Assembly (NCBI GenBank): GCA_016712635.1
Contig: JADJQS010000006.1
Span: forward strand, 511,216-575,215
Source of the DNA: Gammaproteobacteria bacterium
Lineage (GTDB): Bacteria; Pseudomonadota; Gammaproteobacteria; SZUA-140
Direction: 5' to 3'
Length of the DNA: 64,000 bases
Below the pieces are notes generated by a model. The model was not told where the DNA came from and searched no databases. It saw only the letters and a list, made by a program, of their open reading frames with translations. Position numbers and translations under genes: made by a program. This document shows, one piece after another, positions 19,354 to 30,349 of the stretch. How positions within the stretch are numbered: the stretch's first letter is position 1; each line of letters starts with the position of its first letter.

Positions 19354-21120
19354 ATGAGCCTTGAAGCCTGGTTTACCGTTGCCGTCATCGGCCTCTGCCT
19401 CGGGCTGCTGATACACGGGCGCACGGCGCCGGACATCGTCATGATGGCCGGCCTGACCCTTCTGCTGGTGTCCGGCATACTGACGCCAACGGAAGCTCTT
19501 TCCGGTTTGTCGAATGAGGGCATGGTCACGGTGGGCATCATGTTCGTCATCGTGACCGGCCTGCGCGATACCGGCGCCATCGCCTGGATCGTGCAGCACC
19601 TGCTCGGTGTGCCGCGCTCGACCGCCCACGCCCAGATGCGCCTGATGACCCCGGTCGCCGCCATGAGCGCCTTCCTCAACAACACTCCGGTGGTCGCGAT
19701 GATGATCCCGGCGGTGCAGGACTGGGCGCGCCGCCACCGGATCTCCGTCTCCAAGCTGATGATCCCGCTGAGCTATGCCACCATCGCCGGCGGCACCTGT
19801 ACCCTGATCGGCACCAGCACGAATCTCGTTGTGAACGGCATGCTGATCAAGGAGACCGGCCACGGACTCAAGATGTTCGAGCTCGCCTGGGTGGGTATCC
19901 CGCTGGTGGTGGTGGTCTTCCTCGGCATCGTCCTGCTTAGCCGCTGGCTGCTGCCAGAGCGCAAGCCGGCCATCAGCCAGTTCGAGGAATCGCGCGGCTA
20001 TACCGTGGAGATGATGGTGGACTCCAGCGGGCCGCTGGTCGGCAAGACAGTGGAGCAGGCCGGCCTGCGCCACCTGCCGGGTCTGTATCTGATCGAGATC
20101 GACCGCGGCGAGCAGGTGCTGCCGGCCGTTTCGCCGCTCGAGCGGCTGCAGGCGAACGACCGGCTGATCTTCGCCGGGGCGGTGGAATCGGTCATCGACC
20201 TGCAGAAGATCCACGGCCTCTCCCCGGCCACCGACCAGATCTTCAAGCTGGGCATGCCACGGCCGGAACGCTGCCTGATCGAGGCGGTGATCTCCAACAG
20301 CGCCCCGCTGGTGGGCAAGAGCATCCGCGAGGGGCGCTTCCGCACCCTCTACAACGCGGCGGTCATCGCCGTCTCGCGCAGCGGCGAGCAGATCAAGGGC
20401 AAGATCGGCGACATCGTGCTGCGTCCGGGCGACACCCTGCTGCTGGAAGGGCACCCGTCCTTTGTTGAGCAGCAGCGCAATTCGCGTGACTTCTATCTGG
20501 TGAGCCGTCTGGCGGGCTCGACCCCGCTCAATCATGACAAGGCGCCGATCGCACTCGCGATCATGACCGCCATGGTGGCCGCCGCCGCCTTCGGCTGGCT
20601 CAGCATGCTGCAGGCGGCGCTGCTGGCCGCCGGCGCGATGTTGATTACCCGCTGTACGCGCGGCAGCAATGCGCGCGCAGCGGTGGACTGGCAGATCCTG
20701 ATCGTGATCGCCGCCTCGCTCGGCATCGGCAAGGCGCTGGAGACCACGGGTGCGGCGCAGGCAATGGCTGACGGTTTCCTGTCCTTCACCGGGGCAGGCC
20801 CGCTGATGGCGCTCTTCGTGGTCTACGTCATGACTGTGCTGTTCACCGAGATCGTGACCAACAATACCGCTGCTGCACTGATGTTTCCCATCGCGCTTGC
20901 GCTCAGCAAATCACTCGATGTGAGCTACATGCCCTTCATCATCACCATCACGGTGGCGGCTTCGATGAGCTTCGCCACTCCGATCGGGTACCAGACCAAC
21001 CTGATGGTGCTGGGTCCGGGCGGTTATCGCTTCACCGACTACATGAAACTTGGTATCCCGCTGACCGTCATGGTCGGGATACTGATTATGCTGATTGTCC
21101 CGCGGGTGTGGGCGTTCTGA
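19354..21120 (+). CDS. SLC13/DASS-family anion permease with two central TrkA-C (RCK_C) domains. Candidate sulfate or dicarboxylate transporter.
   Basis: 588 aa. N- and C-terminal multi-TM halves around two repeated roughly 70-aa TrkA-C-like segments (GKTVEQAGLRHLPGLYLIEIDRGEQ.. and GKSIREGRFRTLYNAAVIAVSRSGEQ..). Confidence 0.7.
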   Translation: MSLEAWFTVAVIGLCLGLLIHGRTAPDIVMMAGLTLLLVSGILTPTEALSGLSNEGMVTVGIMFVIVTGLRDTGAIAWIVQHLLGVPRSTAHAQMRLMTPVAAMSAFLNNTPVVAMMIPAVQDWARRHRISVSKLMIPLSYATIAGGTCTLIGTSTNLVVNGMLIKETGHGLKMFELAWVGIPLVVVVFLGIVLLSRWLLPERKPAISQFEESRGYTVEMMVDSSGPLVGKTVEQAGLRHLPGLYLIEIDRGEQVLPAVSPLERLQANDRLIFAGAVESVIDLQKIHGLSPATDQIFKLGMPRPERCLIEAVISNSAPLVGKSIREGRFRTLYNAAVIAVSRSGEQIKGKIGDIVLRPGDTLLLEGHPSFVEQQRNSRDFYLVSRLAGSTPLNHDKAPIALAIMTAMVAAAAFGWLSMLQAALLAAGAMLITRCTRGSNARAAVDWQILIVIAASLGIGKALETTGAAQAMADGFLSFTGAGPLMALFVVYVMTVLFTEIVTNNTAAALMFPIALALSKSLDVSYMPFIITITVAASMSFATPIGYQTNLMVLGPGGYRFTDYMKLGIPLTVMVGILIMLIVPRVWAF

Positions 21121-21149
21121 GCGCTGGGTAGTAAGTATTGAGGCAGTGT

Positions 21150-21967
21150 ATGAAACTGAGCGCCATATTATTCAGGCGACAGAAAACAGATCTTTATGAG
21201 TGGCGGCGCATAAAAGCAGGTAGCCGAAATTTTATATAGCGTTTCTGCTATGGCTGATATCGTTGAGAAAATGCTCACACAAGTGCTGCATGGACTATCT
21301 GGTCTTCTGGAGAGTCAATTAATAAAGGTATTCACATGTTGATAGGTGGCCGTTCTGAGACCTTATTTCTGGTCTGCCTGAAGAAACTGCTCTGTGACTC
21401 AAAGAATATACTGGATATTGGAACGCCAGAAAGATTTGCCAAGGAATTACGGCGTTACGAGAGCTTGTTTCTGGAAAGAACTATCTCGCAGCAGGATTTA
21501 ATCCAGAAATGAACAAGGGTCAGTACAATTGCGACTTACATCAAGATATAGAAATGATGACATTTGATGATTCATCATTTGATGCGGTCATTTGCCTAGA
21601 GGTACTCGAGCATGTCGCAAATCCATTCCAAGCCGTCCATGAAATAAAGCGCGTGTTGATAAACGGCGGAAAACTTCTGCTAACGGTTCCATTTCTCAGC
21701 CAGTATCATGGAAAAAGCGCTTTATCGCATGATCATTTAAATTATCCCGATTATTGGCGTTTTACGCATGAGGGTTTACATAAGCTGTTTCATGATTTCA
21801 CGAATCTTGAAGTGTTACCCCTGGATGGACCGATCGAATTCAGACTAAAGCAATTTTATCTCACTCGCTGGATAAATTACCCTGCTATTCGGAGAATCAT
21901 AGATCTAATAGACAAACCGGAGCGCGGCAAGGCCACAACGAGACATCTTGTTTACGGCATCAAATAA
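21150..21967 (+). pseudogene. Class I SAM-dependent methyltransferase broken into several short frames. Only the C-terminal 152-aa ORF (21509-21967) is intact.
   Basis: The C-terminal ORF has the post-motif-I region (FDAVICLEVLEHVANP..GGKLLLTVP). The N-terminal ILDIGT-containing piece is in another frame and ends in a stop at about 21507. Confidence 0.45.
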
Positions 21968-21972
21968 ACAAG

Positions 21973-23098
21973 ATGAAGATTCTAGTAGTGACGGGAATAT
22001 TCCCTCCGGATCATGGTGGTCCGGCGAGCTATGTGCCGGAGATTGCACAGGCGTTGTCTGTGAAACATACAATAGTGTCAGTAATAACCTTGAGTGACTT
22101 GTTGAACCACAGCGATGAAAACTATACGTTTCCGATCTTGAGAATTTTACGGAAAGCTAACAAGATTTCTCACATTTAGAATAGTTAATACCATAAGAAA
22201 ATATTCCAAAGAGGCAGATGTCATATTCGTCAATGGACTGATCTTCGAAAGCATCGTTGCATGCAAATTATTCTCAAGGAAACCGTTAGCCATAAAAATC
22301 GTTGGTGACCTGATTTGGGAAAAGGCGAAACTATCATCACCTGACACGGTATCCATCGATGAATTCCAGAGAAATGTGGCGGGTATAAAGTGGAAAATTT
22401 TGAAATGGATCTACAATAAGCTGATCAATCAGTGCGATGCCATTATCGTACCAAGCCTATATCTATGCAGGATTGTTAAAGGTTGGGGAATCGATACTGC
22501 AAAAATTAACGTCGTATACAACTCCGTGAAACCACAGTCTCTTCCATATGCTAATTATGGAGAAGGCGGCAATGTCGATTGCGTTACAGTGGCGAGATTG
22601 GTGCCTTGGAAGGGAATTAGTGAGCTTATAGATGTCGTTTGTGAAAACAAGTGGACTTTAAATGTTATCGGTGACGGCCCCCTAAAGGAGGATCTTGTAT
22701 GCAGAGCGCTCAAGCACAGTAATAATTCTGTACAATTTCTTGGTTATGTACCTCGTGATCAGGTGCATTCTGAAATTTCCAAAGCCAAGATATTCATCCT
22801 TAACTCGACATATGAGGGATTGCCACACATTGTTCTCGAGGCGAAACAAGCCGGAGTAGCCGTTATTGCAACCGCTGTTGGTGGAACACCTGAGACAATA
22901 ACAGATGGCGTAGATGGATATCTTATTCCCCCGGGGGACAATGCCATGCTAAGAGAGAAAATCGGATATTTGCTATCCAACAATGATAAGCGCACTCAGG
23001 TAGCATCGAAAGGTAGAGAACAGGTTTTGCATAACTTTTCATTTGAAACCATGGCTACCAAAACTGAGAAAATCCTTGAAAATACCCTGAATAGGTAA
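21973..23098 (+). pseudogene. GT4-family glycosyltransferase interrupted by a single frameshift near 22140-22180 (ORFs 21973-22179 and 22376-23098 plus an unlisted bridging segment).
   Basis: The N-terminal piece is KILVVTGIFPPDHGGPASYV. The C-terminal piece has EGLPHIVLEAKQAGVAVIATAVGGTPE. The bridging segment IVNTIRKYSKEADVIFVNG.. reads in the frame of the second ORF. Confidence 0.55.
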
Positions 23099-23106
23099 AC
23101 CGGCTG

Positions 23107-24306
23107 GTGCATATCATGGGTCATCCGATAAATATCCTCCTTCTCAGCAAAGATCCCACCTTATTCGAGCAAAATGATGCTGTCATCGGTGACACAAGAA
23201 AGCGACACATCGCCTACTCGAATATACTGCAATCAAGGTACCCCGGAAGCCAAATAAAAGTCATAACCTACACAAAGAGAACTTCGCTACTTCAGCATGA
23301 GAAAATCAATCAATCTCTCTCGATTTTCGGGACCGCCTCTGCTCACCGCATCACCTATTTGGCCGGTGTGATAAGAATGCTGCCTAAAACGCTGGAGGAT
23401 GGATGGCGGCCAGATATCGTCACTGCTCAGACCCCATGGGAAGAAGGCATCGTCGGATACGTGATATCAAGAATATTCAATGCTAAGTTCATACTGCAAA
23501 TCCATTTCGATTTGTTTTCTGAGCACTGGCGAAAAGAAAACAGATTTAACCTGTGGCGTAACTTGATTGCGCGCGCATTGATCAAACGATCTGATGCTGT
23601 TCGAGTAGTTTCAGAATTCCAAAAACACCAACTGGTGGATTGCCTCGGAAAACCATCCGGCACGATCCGGGTTATACCTGTAGGGGTGAATTTTCAGCCA
23701 TTAGATGGTGAAAAGTCTGCATTCAAACGAAAGATAGCTATTTCATTGGAGGCTAAAAAAGTTGTCTTGTTTGTTGGTAAATTTTATGCACCAAAAAATC
23801 TCCAACTATGGATTGATGTTGCGCAGCTTATTAGCCGTGATAACCCAGACGTAATGTTTGTCATGGCAGGCAACGGGCCCATGTTTGGTGAGATAAGGGA
23901 GGCGGTCATCAACCGTGGACTATCAGATAGATTTATTTTCTTGGGTTATGTCAAGCATGAGGAATTGCCCGGAATATATGCGGCCGCCGATGTCTTTCTA
24001 CTTACCTCATATTATGAGGGATTTGGCAGAGTCGTCCTTGAGGCCTATCTAGCCAAAATCCCTGTTGTGAGTACCAAATGCGCCGGAACACTCGACCTCA
24101 TCGAATCAGGTGTCACTGGAATATTAGCTCCTGTTGGTGATGCACAAACGTTAGCAGATGGTGTGATAAACCTGCTCTCCGCTGATGAACTGAGGATGTC
24201 TTATGGGACTAAGGGACATGCGAGAGTGAATGTGAAATATGGTTTTGCTAACTTATCAAATAAGTTAGTCGACTTCTGGGGAAGTGTTTGCGATGAGTCA
24301 ACCTGA
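23107..24306 (+). CDS. GT4-family glycosyltransferase.
   Basis: 399 aa. EGFGRVVLEAYLAKIPVVSTKCAGTLDLIESGVTG motif. Confidence 0.8.
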   Translation: MHIMGHPINILLLSKDPTLFEQNDAVIGDTRKRHIAYSNILQSRYPGSQIKVITYTKRTSLLQHEKINQSLSIFGTASAHRITYLAGVIRMLPKTLEDGWRPDIVTAQTPWEEGIVGYVISRIFNAKFILQIHFDLFSEHWRKENRFNLWRNLIARALIKRSDAVRVVSEFQKHQLVDCLGKPSGTIRVIPVGVNFQPLDGEKSAFKRKIAISLEAKKVVLFVGKFYAPKNLQLWIDVAQLISRDNPDVMFVMAGNGPMFGEIREAVINRGLSDRFIFLGYVKHEELPGIYAAADVFLLTSYYEGFGRVVLEAYLAKIPVVSTKCAGTLDLIESGVTGILAPVGDAQTLADGVINLLSADELRMSYGTKGHARVNVKYGFANLSNKLVDFWGSVCDEST

Positions 24307-25150
24307 TTTTATCGGTATAGGAGCGCAAAAATCAGGTACTTCATGGATTTATGCGTGCCTACATGTACATCCTCAGGTTTGTATACCGCGTAAGGAAATA
24401 CATTTTTTCAGCAGAGAGCGAAACTGGTCTAAAGGATATGATTGGTATGCAGGAAACTTTGACGGCTGTCATGCGGGGCAGGTAATCGGTGAATTCTCAA
24501 CTTCATACTTGGCGGATGAGTACACGCCTGCGAGGATCCATAATAAATTTCCTGATGTGAAACTGGTCGTGTCTCTACGCAATCCAATTGACAGAGCCTA
24601 TTCCAATTATATTAACGATATCAAAACAGGTATTGTGTCCAGTTCTACGGACTTTCTGGATGCGTTGGATAGCCATCCTGAATACATGAACCAAGGTCAG
24701 TACGCGCGCCAAGTAAATCGTTACCTAGATTATTTTAAGCCAGCTCAATTGCTGATATTAATCTACGAGGATAGTTTGATCGATCCCGGGGACTATATAA
24801 AAAAAATATACAGATTTCTCAATATTGACCATGAATTTATACCTGAATTTATTCGTACAAAGATAAATCCTGCCAGGATTCCACGTCATGTCTGGATTGA
24901 TTCCGGGATAAGGGCTGTCTCCAGTTACCTGAGATCAAACGGGTTTCGTACTCTATTCTGGCAAATAAAAAAATCAGGCCTCGCGGAAAGAATTCGGACA
25001 CTGAATACAAGAATGGATATCAGACGCGCTGATGTGATAGACACTCAAACTAGACATTATTTGTATGAGAAATATGATATCCAGTCAGAAATTTCTGCTA
25101 TTTCAAAAATAATTGGAAGAGATCTTATCGAGTGGCGCATTCAAACATAA
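24293..25150 (+). CDS. Carbohydrate sulfotransferase (PAPS-dependent sulfotransferase domain).
   Basis: 5'-PSB motif IGIGAQKSGTSW and 3'-PB motif VVSLRNPIDRAYSNY. The start is probably the second ATG (MSQPDF) overlapping the upstream GT stop. Confidence 0.8.
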   Translation: MSQPDFIGIGAQKSGTSWIYACLHVHPQVCIPRKEIHFFSRERNWSKGYDWYAGNFDGCHAGQVIGEFSTSYLADEYTPARIHNKFPDVKLVVSLRNPIDRAYSNYINDIKTGIVSSSTDFLDALDSHPEYMNQGQYARQVNRYLDYFKPAQLLILIYEDSLIDPGDYIKKIYRFLNIDHEFIPEFIRTKINPARIPRHVWIDSGIRAVSSYLRSNGFRTLFWQIKKSGLAERIRTLNTRMDIRRADVIDTQTRHYLYEKYDIQSEISAISKIIGRDLIEWRIQT

Positions 25151-26204
25151 CAGTGATTTGCCAGGTTGTTGACGAGCATGATCCTATTAATGCAACAGCT
25201 GTCAGATGGATTCGTGTTCTGTCACAAAAGAATCAGGTAGGGAAAGTAACTGTCCTGGCATTAAAAGTCGGTGAATATAACTTGCCTGATAATACGAGAG
25301 TGTTCTCGTTTAGAGGAAGAAATCGCATTTCTACTTTGATTAAGTTCTATTCCCTGATAATAAAAGGAGTGATGGTAAATAAAACGGATTATTATTTTAT
25401 CTATCAGGGTGGCCCATATCCGTTGCTACTTTTACCATTTAAGCTTTTGGTGGTAAAAACGTATACCATTGGAAAGCACATCCACATATTACCTTTATGA
25501 TGAAATTATACGCGCGTTACTGCGACACCGTTGTATTTACTTCAACAACCAATGCATTTCCCATGCAATTACCCAATCTCAGAGTTATTGGGCAGGGCGT
25601 TGATACAGAAAAATTTCGGGTGTTGGGAAAGGAAAGAAATAAAGATCTTGTCATTGTTGGCAGGATTGCCCCGGTCAAGCGCTTGGAAAGCATAATTTTC
25701 ATATTGACGCATTTGAATCTCAAGTACGGAATAGCTCCGAAAGTAGATTTATATGGTCCGATATCAGGACAGGATAAGAAATATAAGGAGCACATAGACC
25801 ATCTAATCTGTGAGCAGAAATTGAATGATCAGATTATTTTTCATGGGCCAGTTAGGCAGGATGCCCTCCCGGAGATATTTAATACCCACAAGCTCCTTGT
25901 CAACTTTTCTGATACTGCATTGGATAGAGTTGTCGTCGAAGCTATGGCCTGTGGATTGCCAGTGTTCTCGACGAATAACTGCGTTAGAGAGATCATCCCC
26001 GACGCTTATCATGATATTCTGACTTGTGTTGACCAACACGAAAACCATGCGCTGCTTGCTGAATTGATCTACTCACTGCTTTTGCTGCCTGATGCCATCA
26101 GAACCCATATCGGCAGGGACCTAAGAGAAATTATATTACATCATCATAGTGATATAACCCTGTTCGACAGAATGTTAGCCGAAATCGGAAACTATGAAAA
26201 ATAA
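25132..26204 (+). pseudogene. GT4-family glycosyltransferase split over two frames (25132-25500 and 25497-26204).
   Basis: The N-domain piece ends ..GKHIHILPL*. The C-domain piece (VVEAMACGLPVFSTNN) starts in a different frame. Together about 357 aa, the size of a whole GT4. Confidence 0.5.
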
Positions 26205-26994
26205 ATTCTCGATAAAAATTGGCGTCAGAAACTCATTCATCATTGCCAATGGAATGTATAAAAACATCAGAAACTCACTGCCTGATAAGCGGATTGTCGC
26301 AATTCACGATATCAATGACTCGATCAGATTCCGAGATAAAATGCATTGGCTGCGCGAAACATATGACATTCTTAGTTTGGGCGATTTGCTCGAAACTAGC
26401 ATAGGCAACAAAACACAGATCGCCATAACATTTGATGACGGCTATCTGTCATGGCGTGATAATGTTATTCCGGTGCTGGTGGATCTCAATATTCCTGCCA
26501 CTTTTTTTATTTGCTCTGGTTTTGTTGGTCTTGATGAAATTGATGCAAGAAAGTTTGCTGTTAATTGCTTCAGGAGAAAACAGAAGCTGCTTCCACTTCA
26601 AGCAGAGCACATCAGATCGATATCTGATCATAAATTGTTCGAGATAGGTGGACACACGGCGCATCACCTGGATCTCGGAAAAGAGTATCCCACAGAAATT
26701 CTGATAGATGAAATTATAAGAGACCGTGAACTATTAGAGGATTGGACAGGCGATGATGTACGATGGTTCGCATATCCATTTGGAGGAAGAATTAATGTCT
26801 GTAATCAGACAAAAGAATTTGTCAGAAATACTGGTTATAGCGCTGCGTTTACTATCATTCCTAGATCAGCGAACGAGATCGAGGATTTCTATGAAATAGG
26901 GAGGGATAGCCTGGACATCTATGCATCAGATCTTTTATGGAGAAACTGGCTTAACGGCGGTTACGACATGATTAAGAAAACAAGGATTTCGTAA
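26194..26994 (+). CDS. Polysaccharide deacetylase (NodB homology, CE4 family).
   Basis: ITFDDGY, FFICSGFVG, GGHTAHH motifs. Confidence 0.8.
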   Translation: MKNKFSIKIGVRNSFIIANGMYKNIRNSLPDKRIVAIHDINDSIRFRDKMHWLRETYDILSLGDLLETSIGNKTQIAITFDDGYLSWRDNVIPVLVDLNIPATFFICSGFVGLDEIDARKFAVNCFRRKQKLLPLQAEHIRSISDHKLFEIGGHTAHHLDLGKEYPTEILIDEIIRDRELLEDWTGDDVRWFAYPFGGRINVCNQTKEFVRNTGYSAAFTIIPRSANEIEDFYEIGRDSLDIYASDLLWRNWLNGGYDMIKKTRIS

Positions 26995-27602
26995 TGAACA
27001 AGTTTGAATATGTGAGGAATATTATCCTTTCTGAACCAGTGAATAACAAAAGTCTGCTCGATGTCGGATGCAGAGGATGTGAATTAAAGTCTTATGTCGG
27101 AGATGTGGTTGCATACAAAGGTGTGGACCTATTCCAAAATCCATCGAATAGCGTTGACTACGTGTTGGATGTAGAAAATGGACTTCCCATGGAAAATAGT
27201 TCAAGTGACTATGTCGTAGCCTTGGATTTGGTTGAACATCTTAATGATTTTCAAGGCGGCTTAGAAGAATTACTGAGGGTGGCGCGAGAGAAACTCATCG
27301 TAATGCTTCCAAATATGGCTCACTGGGTTTTCAGGAAGGAATTCCTTTTTCATGGAAGGATCGGTGCAAAATATGATCTTTCATATGGAATGGGAAAAGA
27401 CCGACATCGCTGGTTCACTGTGTTGCCACAGACGGATGAATATATAAAAAGGTTTTGTGACGAAAATAATCTCGAGTTACAGGTCATCTGGTTTAATGGA
27501 GGAAGAAAGAAAGAACTATTCTATCGAGTAACGAAATTCCTGGGTTTTCCGCCATCAATAGGCGTGTGGGCATCACTTTATATAATGAAAAAAATGTCAT
27601 AA
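26994..27602 (+). CDS. Class I SAM-dependent methyltransferase.
   Basis: LLDVGCRGCE motif I, VVALDLVEHL. 202 aa. Confidence 0.7.
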   Translation: MNKFEYVRNIILSEPVNNKSLLDVGCRGCELKSYVGDVVAYKGVDLFQNPSNSVDYVLDVENGLPMENSSSDYVVALDLVEHLNDFQGGLEELLRVAREKLIVMLPNMAHWVFRKEFLFHGRIGAKYDLSYGMGKDRHRWFTVLPQTDEYIKRFCDENNLELQVIWFNGGRKKELFYRVTKFLGFPPSIGVWASLYIMKKMS

Positions 27603-27796
27603 ATATATCGTGCGTACACCATCATGCATGATGGAAACGAGAGCAGAGTTTCGTCGTAGAATTGAGTCGTTATCTGCGTCTAAGCACACCTTTACTATTC
27701 ATGGATTGTCTGTGTCGCATTAATCGATGCATTTACCCATCGCATATGGTCACTGGTCTCTCTCTTTTGATTCTTACTGGAAAATAAGAGAATCAA

Positions 27797-29059
27797 ATGC
27801 GTAAGATAGTATCAGATGTTGGGTACATGGGGTTCTCACAACTCCTTGTCGCACTGTCGCAGATAGCGCTCCAAGTCTATGTGGTCAGGACCACGACAGT
27901 TTATGAATATGGTGAGTACATAGGCAGTCTAGTCATAGTGACGTTAGTTGAAGCAATTTTTGTCGCAAGAGGCGGTGAACTGGCTTTGCGATATGTCGGC
28001 ACGCACTGGAATAAGAGTGATTTCATCACTGCTCGGCAATACGCAACAGCGATAATACGCATCGATAAATATGTAAACTGGTTACTTTATATCTTGCTCG
28101 TTACTTTGGCATTTGCGACCTATGAGGTGCTGAATTTAAATCTATATTACGTGATATTTCTTTCGCTTGTTATTCCAGCTCAGGTAGGTTACGGAGTGTA
28201 TAAAAGTCTATTCATAATTTCATCTAGACTCAGGGGGCAATCTGTATTTGAAATAATCTTCGCCGTCGTGCAGATATCTACAGGAGCCATTGGCGTTTAT
28301 TTATTCAGCATCCCTGGTTTGATTGCATCAGTTATTGGAACAGCTATGGTGAAGACTGTTTTAGCTAGGGTTATGACGGAAAGTTGGTGGCCTGATAACG
28401 TCAAAGGTCTGGATTCCCTTTCCACAAATAATAATATCAATATAACAACCTGGTGGAGCGACAGTATACATTCTATTATGCGAAATTCATTTTTCTCTGG
28501 GTCTAATCAAATAGACATAATCTTGCTCAATATATTCAGAGGTGCAGAAACAGTAGCTTTGTATAAAGTCGCAAAATCGTTATCTGCAATTCCTATAAAA
28601 ATTGCCGCCCCTGTCTGGGCGGCCTTACGTCCTCGAATCATGAAATCATGGAACAACGGCGACAGGGCGAGATTAGTCAAGATAATATTGACACCTTCAT
28701 TATCCATGCTGGCAGTTCTTCCCGTTATGCTGCTGCCTGCTTCGCTGTATGGTGATAAGTTTATTGCCATTATATACGGGCCTGACTATGCGTCCGCGAT
28801 AGACTCTATTCTTGTATTGCTCGTCGGTGTATGGATCTTTAATGTGACTACAGGTTGGTTCAGGTTCTGGATATTAATAATTAAGGATAGATTAGCAAGT
28901 ACAAATATATCGGCAATCCAGTTTTTTATGCTGCTAGTTCTAGGTCTGCTGTACGGAAAGGAAACAATTGTTTCAATGTCCGAGGTTGTGAGCGTAACCA
29001 TGATTGTCGTCAGCGTGATGTGCTGGTTTGAATTATTCAGAAAACTAAAAACGCTGTGA
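27797..29059 (+). CDS. wzx: Wzx-type O-unit flippase (MOP / polysaccharide biosynthesis protein family).
   Basis: 420 aa, about 12 predicted TM segments, hydrophobic throughout. Position within a GT cluster. Confidence 0.65.
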   Translation: MRKIVSDVGYMGFSQLLVALSQIALQVYVVRTTTVYEYGEYIGSLVIVTLVEAIFVARGGELALRYVGTHWNKSDFITARQYATAIIRIDKYVNWLLYILLVTLAFATYEVLNLNLYYVIFLSLVIPAQVGYGVYKSLFIISSRLRGQSVFEIIFAVVQISTGAIGVYLFSIPGLIASVIGTAMVKTVLARVMTESWWPDNVKGLDSLSTNNNINITTWWSDSIHSIMRNSFFSGSNQIDIILLNIFRGAETVALYKVAKSLSAIPIKIAAPVWAALRPRIMKSWNNGDRARLVKIILTPSLSMLAVLPVMLLPASLYGDKFIAIIYGPDYASAIDSILVLLVGVWIFNVTTGWFRFWILIIKDRLASTNISAIQFFMLLVLGLLYGKETIVSMSEVVSVTMIVVSVMCWFELFRKLKTL

Positions 29060-29184
29060 ACTCTCGTATTCAATGGCGAGAGAAGCTGCTATCGGCCATT
29101 GTTGGGTATCTAGAGGTCAATCAATCATGAGAAATCTGGCCATTAGTAACCCATTGTTTGTCTCATTAGTTCTCCCTCGTAGTA

Positions 29185-30315
29185 TTGATTGGTAATGTCC
29201 TTCTCAGCATTTCGAATACTGTATCCATGTTAAATATTATGTTCATTGTGCTAGCACATCTACTTGTCATTTACTCATTATTTAATAACGGTGTGCAACA
29301 GCGTGACTGGCTGAATCCAATAAACATAATTCTTCTGATTGGAATGGTGCGATTCAGTCTGCCTCTGCTTCTACTTCAATTTGGATCTCCAAGTATCGAG
29401 ATGTTCCAAAAGATGAATATCGGGCAAGGTGAGAACTGGCGTCATGCAAATATTCTTGCACTAGTCGGGTTGCTGGGCGTCGCTGCCGGTTGGAACATAA
29501 CGATTAGACCTTGGAGAAAAGCATGTCCCCATAGGCGGGAACTACCAAAGAGCGTTGCTTATTTGGCTGTGACAGGGATGCTAGCAGGCGCAATATTTTT
29601 GTCAGTTTTTATAGAAAGTAATTCTACACTCGAGGAAGCCATATTGACAGGCAGCTTCAGAGGTACTGATATACAGGCAGGCACCGGCAAGTATTTCCAT
29701 CTAGGCTTAATGTTAATTTCATGTAGCGTAATCCTCTCTTCGTATCTCATTAAACGAGGAAATGTATCCTATATGGTCGCACTCCTACCCGTGCTCATCG
29801 CCACGATTTTTTATTTCATTCTCGGTGGCAGGACCAGAGCGATTACACCGTTAATAGCTGGACTACTTGTAATTTGGTATGAAAGAGAAAATTCAACATT
29901 TACAGCAAAGAATACGTTTGTTTTGTTTATTCTTTTTCTTGGTTTGCTCATGTTTTATAGCGGGTCAGTGCTTTATCGTGCACGACTCGGATTGGAAGGG
30001 TTTGCTCATGGCCTGTCTTTTATAGGTCTTGTGCAATATCTGTCTACAGCGATATGGATGGAAATAGGTCAGTTGCATGCATTGGCCGGGTCTCTTCTAG
30101 TTGGGCCTGGCGTACTGGGAGGGTTGACATTTACCAAATTGCTTTGGCCTATCAGTGAGTTTCTCAATATACCCGGTAATAGTACAGGCATATATCTTGC
30201 GGAGACGCTTGTTTATCACAGCATACGCAGTCGGTGTATTTTTCCTGTCGAAGCTGCTAGGGTCACTGATAAAAAAATCATAATGATGAAGCAGAATATG
30301 ATTGTCAGAAAATAA
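29185..30315 (+). CDS. Wzy-like O-antigen polymerase (multi-TM membrane protein).
   Basis: 376 aa, highly hydrophobic with a larger loop region. Adjacent to wzx. No firm motif, so the assignment is by context. Confidence 0.5.
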   Translation: MIGNVLLSISNTVSMLNIMFIVLAHLLVIYSLFNNGVQQRDWLNPINIILLIGMVRFSLPLLLLQFGSPSIEMFQKMNIGQGENWRHANILALVGLLGVAAGWNITIRPWRKACPHRRELPKSVAYLAVTGMLAGAIFLSVFIESNSTLEEAILTGSFRGTDIQAGTGKYFHLGLMLISCSVILSSYLIKRGNVSYMVALLPVLIATIFYFILGGRTRAITPLIAGLLVIWYERENSTFTAKNTFVLFILFLGLLMFYSGSVLYRARLGLEGFAHGLSFIGLVQYLSTAIWMEIGQLHALAGSLLVGPGVLGGLTFTKLLWPISEFLNIPGNSTGIYLAETLVYHSIRSRCIFPVEAARVTDKKIIMMKQNMIVRK

Positions 30316-30349
30316 AATGGCTTCCAAATGACCAGTAAGGTTCGCCACG

